Of a DNA stretch of 64,000 bases, positions 46,859-57,032 are shown in pieces (the stretch's first letter is position 1; every line of letters begins with the position of its first letter). The notes beneath the pieces were generated by a model. It ran no database searches. It was not told the origin of the DNA and saw only the letters and a program-made list of their open reading frames with translations. The translations under genes were made by a program, and so were the position numbers. The stretch is from an uncultured Clostridia bacterium (GTDB taxonomy: Bacteria > Acidobacteriota > Aminicenantia > UBA2199): NCBI GenBank assembly GCA_964633415.1, contig CAZWFY010000003.1, forward strand, positions 12,460 to 76,459, written 5' to 3'.

Positions 46859-47215
46859 ATGGAACATTTAACTAAAGAAACTTTTATTGAAAAGGTTTTT
46901 GATTATGAAAATGAAAAAGAGTGGAAATTCAAGGGAGAACTTCCCTGTATAATAGATTTTTATGCCGATTGGTGTCAGCCGTGTAAAATTGTTTCACCGG
47001 TCTTGGAAAAACTTCAGAAAGAGTATGAAGGAAAGATAAATATATTTAAAATTGATACTGAAGCTGAGAGAGAACTTGCGGGAGTATTTCAAATTACAAG
47101 CATCCCCTCAATTCTTTTCTGCCCCAAAGGTGAGAAACCTCAGATGGCACTCGGTGCTCTACCGAAAGCCAGCATTGAAGATGCTATCAAAAATGTTCTC
47201 AAAGTAGAAAAATAG
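46859..47215 (+). CDS. trxA: Thioredoxin
   Basis: DFYADWCQPCK active site, cis-Pro SIP; SD AGGAG. Confidence 0.95.
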   Translation: MEHLTKETFIEKVFDYENEKEWKFKGELPCIIDFYADWCQPCKIVSPVLEKLQKEYEGKINIFKIDTEAERELAGVFQITSIPSILFCPKGEKPQMALGALPKASIEDAIKNVLKVEK

Positions 47216-47239
47216 TATTTTATTTTTCTACTTTGAAGA

Positions 47240-49324
47240 TCAGGTACCGCCGCATCTTGTCCATGCACAATTAGGACATGTTGGGCATTTTTCATCAGGA
47301 AGAGTTGCCCCGCACATCGGACAGGTTATTGAATTGACATCTTGATTTGCTACATTTACTTCCCCGATGTGTTTCTCAAGAGCTTGGGCTATAGCATCCG
47401 GAATTGACTGTATTAATGCACCGTTGTGAAATGTCGGCTCCGATCCGCCTATTCCTTTAAGTTGGCTTACTACATCTGCAGCTGAGATCCCGCTCCTTAA
47501 TGCAAGAGATGTCAGTCTGCCTATGGCTTCCGCATCAGCCATTGTGGTGTATCCGCTTTTTCCAATAGAGCAAAATACTTCAAACGGCTGTTTGTTAAAA
47601 TGAGTTATTGTAATATAAAGTCTTCCCAATCCGGTTGATATTTTGTGTGTTGTTGACGGCAGAGAATCCGGTCTGTCCATAGGTTGAGGGTTATTCTCTC
47701 CGTCCATCTTGTTAAGAACTTGAATTGCTCTACAGCCGTCACGATAAACGGTGATTCCTTTAATATCCATTTCAAACGCTTTGAGATAAGCATTTGCAAT
47801 ATCTTCTCTTGATGCATTATTCGGAAAATTAATTGTTTTTGACACGGCACTGTCAACGCTTTTCTGAAATACTTCTTGCATTTTCAGATGGTCTTCCGGA
47901 GAAATTTCAGAAGCGGTTATGAAATAATCAGGTGGCTCTTTGCCTTCGTTTTTAGTTTCCCATTCCAGAAATAACGGGTGAAAATCTTTTATCTCTCCGT
48001 CCAGTATTTTTGAAACAATCTTGAAAGCAAACACCGGTTCGATACTTGAAGAACATCCTGCAATTCTTGATATTGTTCCCGTAGGTGCAACGGTTAAAAT
48101 CGCCGCATTTCTCATGGTTTTCCCTTTATAGATGGATTTTTCAATATTGGGGAAATTTCCTCTTTCAACTGCGAGTTCCTCCGAAGCTGTTTCTGCTTCC
48201 TTCCTTAAAAATATTGCAATTTTTTCTCCGAAATCGCGGGCTTTTTTTGTATTGTATCTGATCTTTCTTTTAATTAAGAGATCCGCAAATCCCATGACAC
48301 CAAGTCCTATCCTTCTATTGGCTTTCGCAATCTCATCTATCTGTTGTAAGGGATATATATTCATGTCAATTACATCATCGAGAAATCGGACACCCATTTT
48401 TATTGTCTCTCTGAACCTTTCCCAGTCAAATTCATCTTTGTTGTCCGGAATATAATAATTTGAAAGATTTATCGAACCGAGGTTACATGATTCATAGTCA
48501 TGCAGCGGTTGCTCACCGCAGGGGTTTGTTGCTCGGATCGGTCCCTGTGCTCTTGTCGGGTTTAATCTGTTTACTTTGTCAATAAAAATTAATCCGGGAT
48601 CACCGTTTCTCCATGCGGAATCGACGATGATGTCAAATATCTCTTCCGCATCCATCTTGCCGCTCTCTTTTCCTGTTTTCGGATCAATCAGATCGTATGT
48701 GCCTTTATTTTTAAGAGCTTCAATGAATTTATCGGTAATTGCAACAGAGATATTGAAGTTTTGAGCAGTTCTTCCATTGAGTTTCATGGTTATAAACTCT
48801 TTGATGTCCGGATGATCGACACGAAGAACTCCCATATTAGCTCCTCTTCTTGTTCCTCCCTGTTTAACGGCTTCGGTTCCGGCATCAATGACTTTTAAAA
48901 ATGAAACAGGTCCTGAAGCGATACCCTGAGTTTTTTTCACAAAACTCCCCTGAGGTCTGATTAGTGAAAAATCAAAACCAGTACCGCCGCCTTCTTTATG
49001 AACCAGTGCAGCATTTTTTACAGTTTCAAAAATATTTTCAAGAGAATCTTTGATAGGCAGAACAAAGCATGCAGAGAGACACATCCCTCTGTCCGCTCCC
49101 GTTAATGTCGGGGAATTCGGCATAAAATCTCTGTTCATCATTGTATTGAAAAATTTTTTTTCCCAATATACTCTGTCTTTATCGGTTTTTTCGGCTTTTG
49201 CTATATATTTTGATACTCTTTTAAATAGGTCGGAAGGTTTTTTCTCAAGAAGCGAACCGTCCGCATTTTTTTTGAAATATCTTGCCTTTAGTATTTTTAG
49301 TGCATTTTCAGAAAAATTTTCCAT
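47240..49324 (-). CDS. nrdJ: Adenosylcobalamin-dependent (class II) ribonucleotide reductase with C-terminal TSCPD domain and zinc ribbon
   Basis: PNSPTL, LSACFV, RRGANMG, NPCGEQ, CNLGS, APTGTIS, SAVSKTIN, VYRDG; C-terminal CPMC...CPTC. Confidence 0.96.
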   Translation of the reverse strand: MENFSENALKILKARYFKKNADGSLLEKKPSDLFKRVSKYIAKAEKTDKDRVYWEKKFFNTMMNRDFMPNSPTLTGADRGMCLSACFVLPIKDSLENIFETVKNAALVHKEGGGTGFDFSLIRPQGSFVKKTQGIASGPVSFLKVIDAGTEAVKQGGTRRGANMGVLRVDHPDIKEFITMKLNGRTAQNFNISVAITDKFIEALKNKGTYDLIDPKTGKESGKMDAEEIFDIIVDSAWRNGDPGLIFIDKVNRLNPTRAQGPIRATNPCGEQPLHDYESCNLGSINLSNYYIPDNKDEFDWERFRETIKMGVRFLDDVIDMNIYPLQQIDEIAKANRRIGLGVMGFADLLIKRKIRYNTKKARDFGEKIAIFLRKEAETASEELAVERGNFPNIEKSIYKGKTMRNAAILTVAPTGTISRIAGCSSSIEPVFAFKIVSKILDGEIKDFHPLFLEWETKNEGKEPPDYFITASEISPEDHLKMQEVFQKSVDSAVSKTINFPNNASREDIANAYLKAFEMDIKGITVYRDGCRAIQVLNKMDGENNPQPMDRPDSLPSTTHKISTGLGRLYITITHFNKQPFEVFCSIGKSGYTTMADAEAIGRLTSLALRSGISAADVVSQLKGIGGSEPTFHNGALIQSIPDAIAQALEKHIGEVNVANQDVNSITCPMCGATLPDEKCPTCPNCAWTRCGGT

Positions 49325-49338
49325 TTCTTTCTCCTTTA

Positions 49339-49385
49339 GTGTTGTATATAGTTATGTGTAAATTTTAAAACACTATATATAGTGT
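49339..49385. promoter_or_regulatory. Tandem NrdR boxes upstream of nrdJ
   Basis: Perfect palindrome ACACTATATATAGTGT (49370-49385) matches the NrdR consensus; degenerate copy (minus strand TAACTATATACAACAC, 49339-49354) lies 31 bp away. Confidence 0.85.
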
Positions 49386-49450
49386 GTCAATAGATATATT
49401 TAAAAAAAAATATTTTTTTTTTAAATAATACATTTTTTTTTTGAAAAATC

Positions 49451-49480
49451 TTGACATTTAAAGTATATATATATTAATAT
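49451..49480 (+). promoter_or_regulatory. Sigma70 promoter of dcw cluster
   Basis: TTGACA-N18-TAATAT upstream of mraZ. Confidence 0.6.
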
Positions 49481-49510
49481 AAATGGGAAGAAATGGGACA
49501 AAATGGGATG
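49481..49510 (+). promoter_or_regulatory. MraZ-binding direct repeats
   Basis: AAATGGGAAG AAATGGGACA AAATGGGATG: three TGGGA at 10-nt period, matching the described TGGGN-N5 MraZ boxes. Confidence 0.85.
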
Positions 49511-49984
49511 AAGAAAAGATTTAGAGGAAGTTTTATACTTAAAATTGATGATCGAAGCAGAATAAAGATACCATCGCAGTATAAAAATATCCTTGAAAAC
49601 CAGTATGGTAAGGAGGTGTATCTCACTTCTGTAAATAATGATCATATTCTGTTTTATCCTCTGAAAACTTGGGAAACTATAGAACAGAAGATTGAAAAAA
49701 ACAAATTCAGAAGCAGAAAGATAGAAGATTTTATAAGATTGACAAGTTACTGGGGGACGGAAACCGAAATAGATCCGAGAGGAAGGATCTTAATTCCTTC
49801 CAAGTTGAGAGAAAAGATAAATTTACAAGAAAATGTTTTGATTATCGGACAGATTGACTATTTGGCAATCTGGAATTGTGAGGAGTATGAAAGTAAATAT
49901 GCTTCCAAATCTTTCTCAGACAGAGAACTTGATGAGATATCGAGGATATTAAATGATGAACCGGCACTATCCGGTAATGAATAG
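49508..49984 (+). CDS. mraZ: Division/cell-wall cluster transcriptional repressor MraZ
   Basis: Two DxxxR motifs (IDDRSRIKIP, IDPRGRILIP). ATG 49508 preferred; ORF track starts at 49493. Confidence 0.95.
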   Translation: MKKRFRGSFILKIDDRSRIKIPSQYKNILENQYGKEVYLTSVNNDHILFYPLKTWETIEQKIEKNKFRSRKIEDFIRLTSYWGTETEIDPRGRILIPSKLREKINLQENVLIIGQIDYLAIWNCEEYESKYASKSFSDRELDEISRILNDEPALSGNE

Positions 49985-50837
49985 GGAGGTTTTGTCTCTC
50001 TTTAAAACAAGGGGGAGAGGTCTTTATATTGATTGTACGGTAGGATTGGGAGGTCATGCAGGTTTGATTCTGAAAAACATACCGGATTCGAAACTAATAG
50101 GAATTGATGTTGACGAGGAGAGCCTTGATATTGCGAGAAAGAATTTGGAAGAGTTCGGGGATAGAGCAGAGTTGTTGAAAATGGAATTTAAAGATATTTT
50201 TAATGTCAAAGAAATTGAGTGGAAAAATGTTAAAGGTGTGCTTGTTGATCCGGGGCTGTCAATGTTTCAGTTAAGGAGTAATGAACGCGGCTTTTCCTAT
50301 ATTGAGGATTCAAAACTTGATATGAGAAAGGACAGATCGGGTAAAATGGACGCAGAACAGGTCGTGAATACTTTCTCTGAGAAAGATCTGTCGGAAATAT
50401 TTAAAAAATATGGAGATGTGAAGGGTTCGAAAGGGCTTGCGAAAAGAATTATCGAAAGAAGGCTTTTTGACCGTATCGACACTACACATAAATTAAAAGC
50501 AATTATTGAGAAGTTTTTCGGTTGGAAACCCACAAAAGGGAAATCCCATCCTGCCGCGAAAGTTTTTCAGGCACTGAGGATATTTATTAACAATGAACTT
50601 GAAGGAGTTGAGGAGTTTATAAAAAATATTCCGAATTATCTGCAGAGCGGGTCATTATTTGTTTTTTTAACATATCATTCCACTGAAGACAGAATAGTTA
50701 AAAAAACGTTGAAATCACTTGAAGAGGAAAAGATTGTAAAACTTGTGAAACCGTTTCCGATGAAACCAAAAGATGGAGAAGTCAGAGAGAATTTTCCTTC
50801 AAGATCTGCGAGTCTCAGGGCTGTGGAGTTGTTGTGA
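49953..50837 (+). CDS. rsmH: 16S rRNA m4C1402 methyltransferase
   Basis: HYPVM, DCTVGLGGH, RGFSY, LDMR, VFQALRIFINNEL, YHSTEDRIVK, RSASLR. Confidence 0.97.
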   Translation: MMNRHYPVMNREVLSLFKTRGRGLYIDCTVGLGGHAGLILKNIPDSKLIGIDVDEESLDIARKNLEEFGDRAELLKMEFKDIFNVKEIEWKNVKGVLVDPGLSMFQLRSNERGFSYIEDSKLDMRKDRSGKMDAEQVVNTFSEKDLSEIFKKYGDVKGSKGLAKRIIERRLFDRIDTTHKLKAIIEKFFGWKPTKGKSHPAAKVFQALRIFINNELEGVEEFIKNIPNYLQSGSLFVFLTYHSTEDRIVKKTLKSLEEEKIVKLVKPFPMKPKDGEVRENFPSRSASLRAVELL

Positions 50838-51115
50838 AAAAAAAGAAATATTTAGGTACTGCTTTTTTTGCCATTGCATTAATGGTTTTTATATTGCTGT
50901 TCACATATTCCAGCCTTAATCTTAAAAATATAGATTACGGTTATGAGTTACAAAAATTATTGAGAAAGGAAGAAAAATTAAAAGAGGCAATAAATATCCT
51001 CGAAGCGGAAAGAGCTAAATTGCTTAAACTGAGCAGAATTGAAAATATTGTCAAGAACAAACTGGGATATATATATCCGTCGGAAGAACAGATAATCAGG
51101 GTATATGAGGATTAG
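50834..51115 (+). CDS. ftsL: Cell division protein FtsL
   Basis: Short TM plus coiled coil, RIENIVKNKLG; position between rsmH and ftsI. Confidence 0.85.
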   Translation: MKKKKYLGTAFFAIALMVFILLFTYSSLNLKNIDYGYELQKLLRKEEKLKEAINILEAERAKLLKLSRIENIVKNKLGYIYPSEEQIIRVYED

Positions 51116-52816
51116 ATGAAAATAAACAGAAACGAAAGAAGAAGAGTCCTTGTGGTTTTTTCTGTTTTTGTTTTATGGCTTGTCGCTGTTATTGTAATGC
51201 TCTTTAAAATTCAGGTTTTCGGTTTTAACAAATATCTGGAAAAGATAAAAATTCAAAGCAACAGAGTAATGACACTGCATCCGAAGCGGGGAACTATTTT
51301 TGACAGCAACAATGAGATTATGTCAATATCAATTCTATCAAAGTCATTGTTTATTACCAATAAAAAGAAAAGCAGTTCTTTAAAATTATTGAATAGAATT
51401 AAAAAGAAAATTTATATAAGTAATAATGATAAGAAAAAAATAGTTAAAAGAATAAATTCCGGGAAAAGTTTTATATGGATAAAGAGGAAATTGACCGGAA
51501 ACGAATATAGATCCGTATTAAAAATAGATGTAAAAAAATATCTGTCGAAATTTAGTTTTGTTGACGAATATAAGAGGATATATCCCAATGGAGAACTAAG
51601 CGGTCATATACTCGGAGGTGTCGGAGTTGATGAGCAGGGTTTGGCAGGGCTCGAATTCTCACTTGATTCCGTAATTATGGGTAAAGGTGGGAAAATCAGT
51701 GCACAGATTGATGCGAGAAGTAAGATATTTAAATTCGATTATATTAGAGAGAGGGTTCCGGGCAGGAATATTTCTTTGACAATAGATTCTTCCGTACAGT
51801 ATTTTGTTCAGAAAGAATTAAAAAATACTATTCGTAAATATCATGCCAGATCCGGATCGGTAATAGTGATGGATAGCAATGACGGCTCAATTCTTGCAAT
51901 GGCAAGTTATCCCTATTATAACCCTTCAAATATTAAATATACGAAACCGAGTATTGTAAAAAACAATGCCGTTTCTTTCCTGTATTATCCCGGTTCCACA
52001 TTTAAAGTCATACTTGCGGCTTCAGCACTTAAGCGAGGTGTATGTAATCTGGGAAAAATGATTAATTGTTATAACGGTTCTTTCTCAATAAATAGTTTGA
52101 AGATCACTGATGATCATCCACATAGTGAATTGAGTTTCAGAGAGGTCATCATATATTCAAGCAATATCGGAGCTGCACAGATTGGAATGAAAATAGGCGA
52201 CAGCAGATTGTATAATGATATTAATAAATTCGGGATAGGAGTTCCTCTTGAGATAAGATTACCTGCCAAGGAAAAGGGTATTCTCAACCCGCTTAATAGA
52301 TGGGATAAATATTCAGCTGCCTATATTTCCCATGGATATGAAGTTTATGTGACCCCGATACAGATGATAAGGGCTTTTAATGTGATTGCATCGGGAGGAT
52401 TCATGGTTGAACCCAGGATATTGAATTCGGTTGATGGAATCGTTTTTAAAAAAATTCACAAAGAAAGAATTATTTCAGAGAGTATTGCTTCGGATATTAG
52501 AGACGTGATGATAGATGTAGTTAAGCAGGGAACCGGAAAAAAAGCTTTTATAAACGGGGTGGATATTGCAGGGAAAACCGGAACGGCTAAAAAGTATAAA
52601 AGAAATAAATTCATTGATATGTATGTATCCTCGTTCGGAGGATTTTTTCCGGCAAAAAAGCCTGAAGTTACGATGTTTGTTGTCATTAACGAACCTAAGG
52701 GAAGTTTTTACGGTGGAGATGTTGCTGCACCGCTTTTTAAAAAAATTGCCGAAAAAATTATAGTTTTAAGAGAAATCAACTATCCTGCCGGAAAAAGCGG
52801 AGTGATAAAACTATGA
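51116..52816 (+). CDS. ftsI: Class B penicillin-binding protein (septal transpeptidase)
   Basis: RGTIFD, RIYP, GLE, SxxK (STFK), SxN (SSN), KTG; TM anchor. Confidence 0.95.
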   Translation: MKINRNERRRVLVVFSVFVLWLVAVIVMLFKIQVFGFNKYLEKIKIQSNRVMTLHPKRGTIFDSNNEIMSISILSKSLFITNKKKSSSLKLLNRIKKKIYISNNDKKKIVKRINSGKSFIWIKRKLTGNEYRSVLKIDVKKYLSKFSFVDEYKRIYPNGELSGHILGGVGVDEQGLAGLEFSLDSVIMGKGGKISAQIDARSKIFKFDYIRERVPGRNISLTIDSSVQYFVQKELKNTIRKYHARSGSVIVMDSNDGSILAMASYPYYNPSNIKYTKPSIVKNNAVSFLYYPGSTFKVILAASALKRGVCNLGKMINCYNGSFSINSLKITDDHPHSELSFREVIIYSSNIGAAQIGMKIGDSRLYNDINKFGIGVPLEIRLPAKEKGILNPLNRWDKYSAAYISHGYEVYVTPIQMIRAFNVIASGGFMVEPRILNSVDGIVFKKIHKERIISESIASDIRDVMIDVVKQGTGKKAFINGVDIAGKTGTAKKYKRNKFIDMYVSSFGGFFPAKKPEVTMFVVINEPKGSFYGGDVAAPLFKKIAEKIIVLREINYPAGKSGVIKL

Positions 52817-54282
52817 TCAGAGCAAAAGAACTGATCCGGGGGATTGAGATAATAGATTGTTATGGAAGTTGTGAGATCTCTATCTCAGGAGTTTCATACG
52901 ATTCAAGAAGTGTAGAAAACGGTTTTTGTTTTATTGCCATAGAGGGATTCAATAGTGATGGGAACAGGTTTGTCATAGATGCGGTTAACAAAGGAGCATC
53001 TATGATCATATCTGAAAAGAACCCTCCGGAAGATCTTAAGCAATCTATTGTCTGGGTTATTTTAAAGGATATAAGGAAAGCTTATTTCCAGATTGTTTCG
53101 AATTTTTACGGAGATCCTCTCTCGGAAAAATATGTGATCGGAGTGACGGGGACAAATGGTAAGACAACCGTTGTATCCATTCTATATAAGATATTTTCAA
53201 ATATTTTTAAAGTTGTGAAAACCGGTACACTCGGAATGGAATGCAATGGTGTTTTTTGTGAAACTAAGTTAACCACACCCGAAGCCGGAGATCTTTTCAG
53301 ATTTTTATCTGAAGATTGCAAAAATGATTTTGATACGGTGATAATGGAAGTATCTTCCGCCGGGCTGACAATGAATAGGGTTGAAGGAATTAAATTTTCT
53401 CAGGCGGTTTTTACGAATTTGTCCGGAGATCATCTCGATTTTCATGGCACAATGGATGAATATTTTTCTTCTAAATTATCTCTTTTTAGAAATCTCTCTT
53501 CGGACAGTTGGGCTGTTATTAACATTGATGATAAAAAAGGTGAAAAGATAATTAAAGAGAGTAACTCAAAATATATTACGTTTGGATTCTCTGATGAAGC
53601 TGATGTATATCCGGAAAAATATAAAACGGACATTGACGGAATAAGTGCTAGAATTGTCTCACCCAGGGGAATTCTGAATATAAAAAGCAGCTTGATCGGA
53701 AGAGTAAATCTATATAATATTCTGGCTGCGGTTGCCTCTTCAACTGTAAAGAATATTCCGATTAGTATTATTGAAAGATCAATAGAAGATTTTAAGCAGG
53801 TTAAAGGGAGATTGAATTTCGCCTATAAGGGAGATTTCTCCGTAATTGTTGATTATGCTCACAGTGATGATGCTTTAAAAAATCTCTTAGAGTCAATAAG
53901 GGAATTAACGGAGGAAAAGTTAATTCTTGTTTTTGGTGCGGGAGGTTCGAGAGATATTTCAAAAAGACCGAGAATGGGAAAGATTGCTTCGGAATATGCT
54001 GACATTGTAATTATTACGAGTGATAATCCGAGAAGGGAAGAACCAATGGATATCATATCTCAGATAATCTCCGGATTTCCGAAAAGTTTTAACGGATATG
54101 TAGTTGAATCGGACAGAAAAAAAGCAATTGAGACCGGACTCTCTCTTGCAGGAAAGGGAGATATTGTGGTTATTGCAGGGAAAGGTCATGAAGATTATCA
54201 GATTTTCAAGGACCGAACGATACATTTTGATGATTTTGAAATAGTCGAATCTTTAACGGGAGGATCGTATGCCGGCGTTTAA
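52813..54282 (+). CDS. murE: UDP-MurNAc-dipeptide:meso-DAP ligase
   Basis: GVTGTNGKTT, MEVSS, TNLSGDHLDFH, DYAH, DNPR (DAP specificity), AGKGHE. Confidence 0.97.
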   Translation: MIRAKELIRGIEIIDCYGSCEISISGVSYDSRSVENGFCFIAIEGFNSDGNRFVIDAVNKGASMIISEKNPPEDLKQSIVWVILKDIRKAYFQIVSNFYGDPLSEKYVIGVTGTNGKTTVVSILYKIFSNIFKVVKTGTLGMECNGVFCETKLTTPEAGDLFRFLSEDCKNDFDTVIMEVSSAGLTMNRVEGIKFSQAVFTNLSGDHLDFHGTMDEYFSSKLSLFRNLSSDSWAVINIDDKKGEKIIKESNSKYITFGFSDEADVYPEKYKTDIDGISARIVSPRGILNIKSSLIGRVNLYNILAAVASSTVKNIPISIIERSIEDFKQVKGRLNFAYKGDFSVIVDYAHSDDALKNLLESIRELTEEKLILVFGAGGSRDISKRPRMGKIASEYADIVIITSDNPRREEPMDIISQIISGFPKSFNGYVVESDRKKAIETGLSLAGKGDIVVIAGKGHEDYQIFKDRTIHFDDFEIVESLTGGSYAGV

Positions 54283-55657
54283 ATTAGATGAGATCTCAAA
54301 AATCATAGATGGAGTGATTGTTAATAGTACCTCCGATATTGTTTTTACAGATTATCAGTTTGATACAAGGTTGATCGGAAGTGAGCCGACTCTTTTTTTT
54401 GCATTAAAGTCTGAAAAAGGACACGGGCATAAATTTGTGGGAAAACTTAATGGAAACAATCAAATAGCTGCAGTGGTTGAAAAAGATTTTGATACTTCCG
54501 GTGTCAAAATACCTTTAATAGTTGTGAGTGATTCGTTAAAAGCAGCTCATAAGCTTGCTTCATATATAAGAAATAAGTTTAATAACATTAAATATATAGG
54601 AATTACGGGAAGTGCGGGAAAAACAACTTCCAAAGAATTTGTTGCACAGTTACTCTCTTTTAAATATAAGGTTTTTAAATCTTTTCAAAACTGGAATAAC
54701 TGGATCGGAATGCCGTTTTCCATGATGAAATTGAAAGGTGATGAGGATTTTGCCGTTTTTGAATTGGCAATGAGTTATCCGGGAATAGGAGAAATTGATC
54801 TGTTGACCGAAATACTAAAACCGGATATAGCTGTAATTCTTAATGTTTTTCCCGTTCATCTTGAATTTTTAAAAACTTTGGAAAATGTTGCATTGGGAAA
54901 ATCCGAGATATTGAATTATCTTGATTCCGACTCTATCGCATTTGTAACCGGAGATTCCCCCGAAGTGCTTGATATTGTAAAAGGGAAACGAGGAAGAAAA
55001 ATATTTTTCGGAAATAATAACGATTCAAACGATATAATTTTGAAAAAGAGCGAAAGATATGAGGATGGAACAAAACTGCTGATAGATTTTTATGGAATTG
55101 AAACCCGGTTTTTTACACCTTTTGTGAATAGAATTCATGTTGAGAATCTTTTTGCGGCAATTATAGTGTCTCAAAATGCAGGTATGAAAAATTTTGAAAT
55201 GGAGGAAGCTATAAAGAGAATAAAGCCTCTAAGTAACAGGGGAAGGATTAAGGAAATAAAGGATTTCACGGTAATTGATGAAACCTATAACTCCAATCCC
55301 ATGGCTCTTGAAAAAACACTTTCCTGGGTTGACCGGGAGTTTGAAAAAGTAAAGATAGCGGTTATAGGAGATATGCTTGAACTCGGGGAAAAAGAAAATG
55401 ACTATCATCTTAAAGCAGGAAGGTTTTTTTCAGGGCTCAATTTTTCTCTTCTTATCACTGTAGGAAAGAGAGCGGAAAAGATTGCAGACGGAGCTGTTGA
55501 AGGAGGATTCCCGTCAGAGAGTATAGTGAGTTTTGCAGACTCCTCCGATGCGGGGAAATTTATATTTAAAGAAGTCAAAAAGGGAAGTGTCATTCTTTTT
55601 AAAGCATCCAGAGGGATCGCCTTGGAGAATGCAATTAAAGAGATAGAAAATGGGTAA
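54269..55657 (+). CDS. murF: UDP-MurNAc-tripeptide:D-Ala-D-Ala ligase
   Basis: GITGSAGKTT, NNWIG.P, FELAM, DETYNSNP, GDMLELG, KASRG. Confidence 0.97.
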   Translation: MPAFKLDEISKIIDGVIVNSTSDIVFTDYQFDTRLIGSEPTLFFALKSEKGHGHKFVGKLNGNNQIAAVVEKDFDTSGVKIPLIVVSDSLKAAHKLASYIRNKFNNIKYIGITGSAGKTTSKEFVAQLLSFKYKVFKSFQNWNNWIGMPFSMMKLKGDEDFAVFELAMSYPGIGEIDLLTEILKPDIAVILNVFPVHLEFLKTLENVALGKSEILNYLDSDSIAFVTGDSPEVLDIVKGKRGRKIFFGNNNDSNDIILKKSERYEDGTKLLIDFYGIETRFFTPFVNRIHVENLFAAIIVSQNAGMKNFEMEEAIKRIKPLSNRGRIKEIKDFTVIDETYNSNPMALEKTLSWVDREFEKVKIAVIGDMLELGEKENDYHLKAGRFFSGLNFSLLITVGKRAEKIADGAVEGGFPSESIVSFADSSDAGKFIFKEVKKGSVILFKASRGIALENAIKEIENG

Positions 55658-57032
55658 TGGTATAGGAATAGTCGGATTCGGGAAAACGGGACGTGCAGTT
55701 CTCGATTTTCTCTTTGGAAGAGATGATAAAAGAAAAATTATAATTTTTGATGATAAAAAATCCGAGCAGATTGTATTGGGAAGCAAATATAAAGGGATGA
55801 ATATATCGGTCATTCAGGATCCGGCTGGAATTAATAGATTATTTGAGATTGATAAAATTGTAATTAGTCCCGGTGTAAACGGCAGGGAAAAAAGATTTAA
55901 TCTGCTTAAAAATTCAGGCATTGATATTGTTTCGGAAATAGAATTTGCTTATGATTATATCTCATCTCCGATAATAGCTGTAACCGGAAGTAATGGAAAA
56001 TCAACTACGGTAAGTCTTATTCACCATTTTTTAGAGAATGGAAATAAAAGATCTGTTCTTGCCGGTAATATAGGAACTCCTTTAATATCCGTTGTTGATA
56101 AGATAACTCCTGAAACTTTTGTTGTTTTGGAAGTGTCAAGTTTCCAACTTGAAGAGATAAAGAGATTTAAGCCGTTTATTTCGGTTTTGCTTAATCTTAC
56201 ACCGGATCATCTTGACAGATATGATAACTTTGATGAGTATGTGGAAGCAAAACTTCGTTTGATGGAAAATCAGAAAGACGGGGATTTCTCTATACTCAAT
56301 TATTCGGATGATCTTATCAGAGAAAAATTCTTTAAAAACAATGGAAGCGGAATAAGTCCTGAAAAAATCTGGTTTCAGTTGAATAATAATAATGAGGGGG
56401 CGTATGCCTATACGGATGGTTTGGGAATAAATGTCAGATTGAATAATCAAGTAGAAAGAATCTCTCTTGCATCTAATACTCTTATAGGATCTCATAATAA
56501 AGAAAATATCATGGCTGCTTCTGTTGCATCGCTGATTGCGGGAGTTACACCGAAAGATATAGAAAGGTCTCTGAGAAGTTTTAGAGGACTTTCTCACAGA
56601 ATGGAAAAATGCGGCAGTTTCGGGAATATAGAATTTATAAATGATTCGAAAGCAACAAATATAGATGCAACATTAAAGGCTATAACAGGGATTGATAAAG
56701 ATATAGTCATTATTTTAGGCGGGAAGGATAAAGGGAGTGATTTTTCAGTTCTCACAAAATATATCGGTGATAGAGTGAAACAGGTCATGTTGATCGGTGA
56801 AGCATCGGAAATTATTGCAAATCAGCTTAGACCCGTAAGTAAATATTTGAACCGGATAAAGGATCTGAAGGATGGGATAAGATCAGGATATGATTTTCTG
56901 AAAGATTCCGGCGGTGTTGTGCTTCTTTCTCCCGGCTGTGCAAGTTATGACATGTTTAACAACTTTGAGGAGAGAGGTGATGAGTTTAAAAAGGAAGTTA
57001 TGAAGTTTGTAGGAAATTTAAAAAATGGTTAA
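55650..57032 (+). CDS. murD: UDP-MurNAc-L-Ala:D-Glu ligase
   Basis: TGSNGKST, GNIG.P, EVSSFQL, PDHLDRY, NDSKATN, LSPGCASYD. Confidence 0.97.
   Translation: MGNGIGIVGFGKTGRAVLDFLFGRDDKRKIIIFDDKKSEQIVLGSKYKGMNISVIQDPAGINRLFEIDKIVISPGVNGREKRFNLLKNSGIDIVSEIEFAYDYISSPIIAVTGSNGKSTTVSLIHHFLENGNKRSVLAGNIGTPLISVVDKITPETFVVLEVSSFQLEEIKRFKPFISVLLNLTPDHLDRYDNFDEYVEAKLRLMENQKDGDFSILNYSDDLIREKFFKNNGSGISPEKIWFQLNNNNEGAYAYTDGLGINVRLNNQVERISLASNTLIGSHNKENIMAASVASLIAGVTPKDIERSLRSFRGLSHRMEKCGSFGNIEFINDSKATNIDATLKAITGIDKDIVIILGGKDKGSDFSVLTKYIGDRVKQVMLIGEASEIIANQLRPVSKYLNRIKDLKDGIRSGYDFLKDSGGVVLLSPGCASYDMFNNFEERGDEFKKEVMKFVGNLKNG

Noticed and set aside
47240-49324. Intein or intron in nrdJ
   Set aside because: ORF is continuous with expected motif spacing and no splice-junction or LAGLIDADG motifs.
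49325-49480. Cobalamin riboswitch upstream of nrdJ
   Set aside because: Region is short and very AT-rich with no B12-box; it is explained by NrdR boxes and the dcw promoter.
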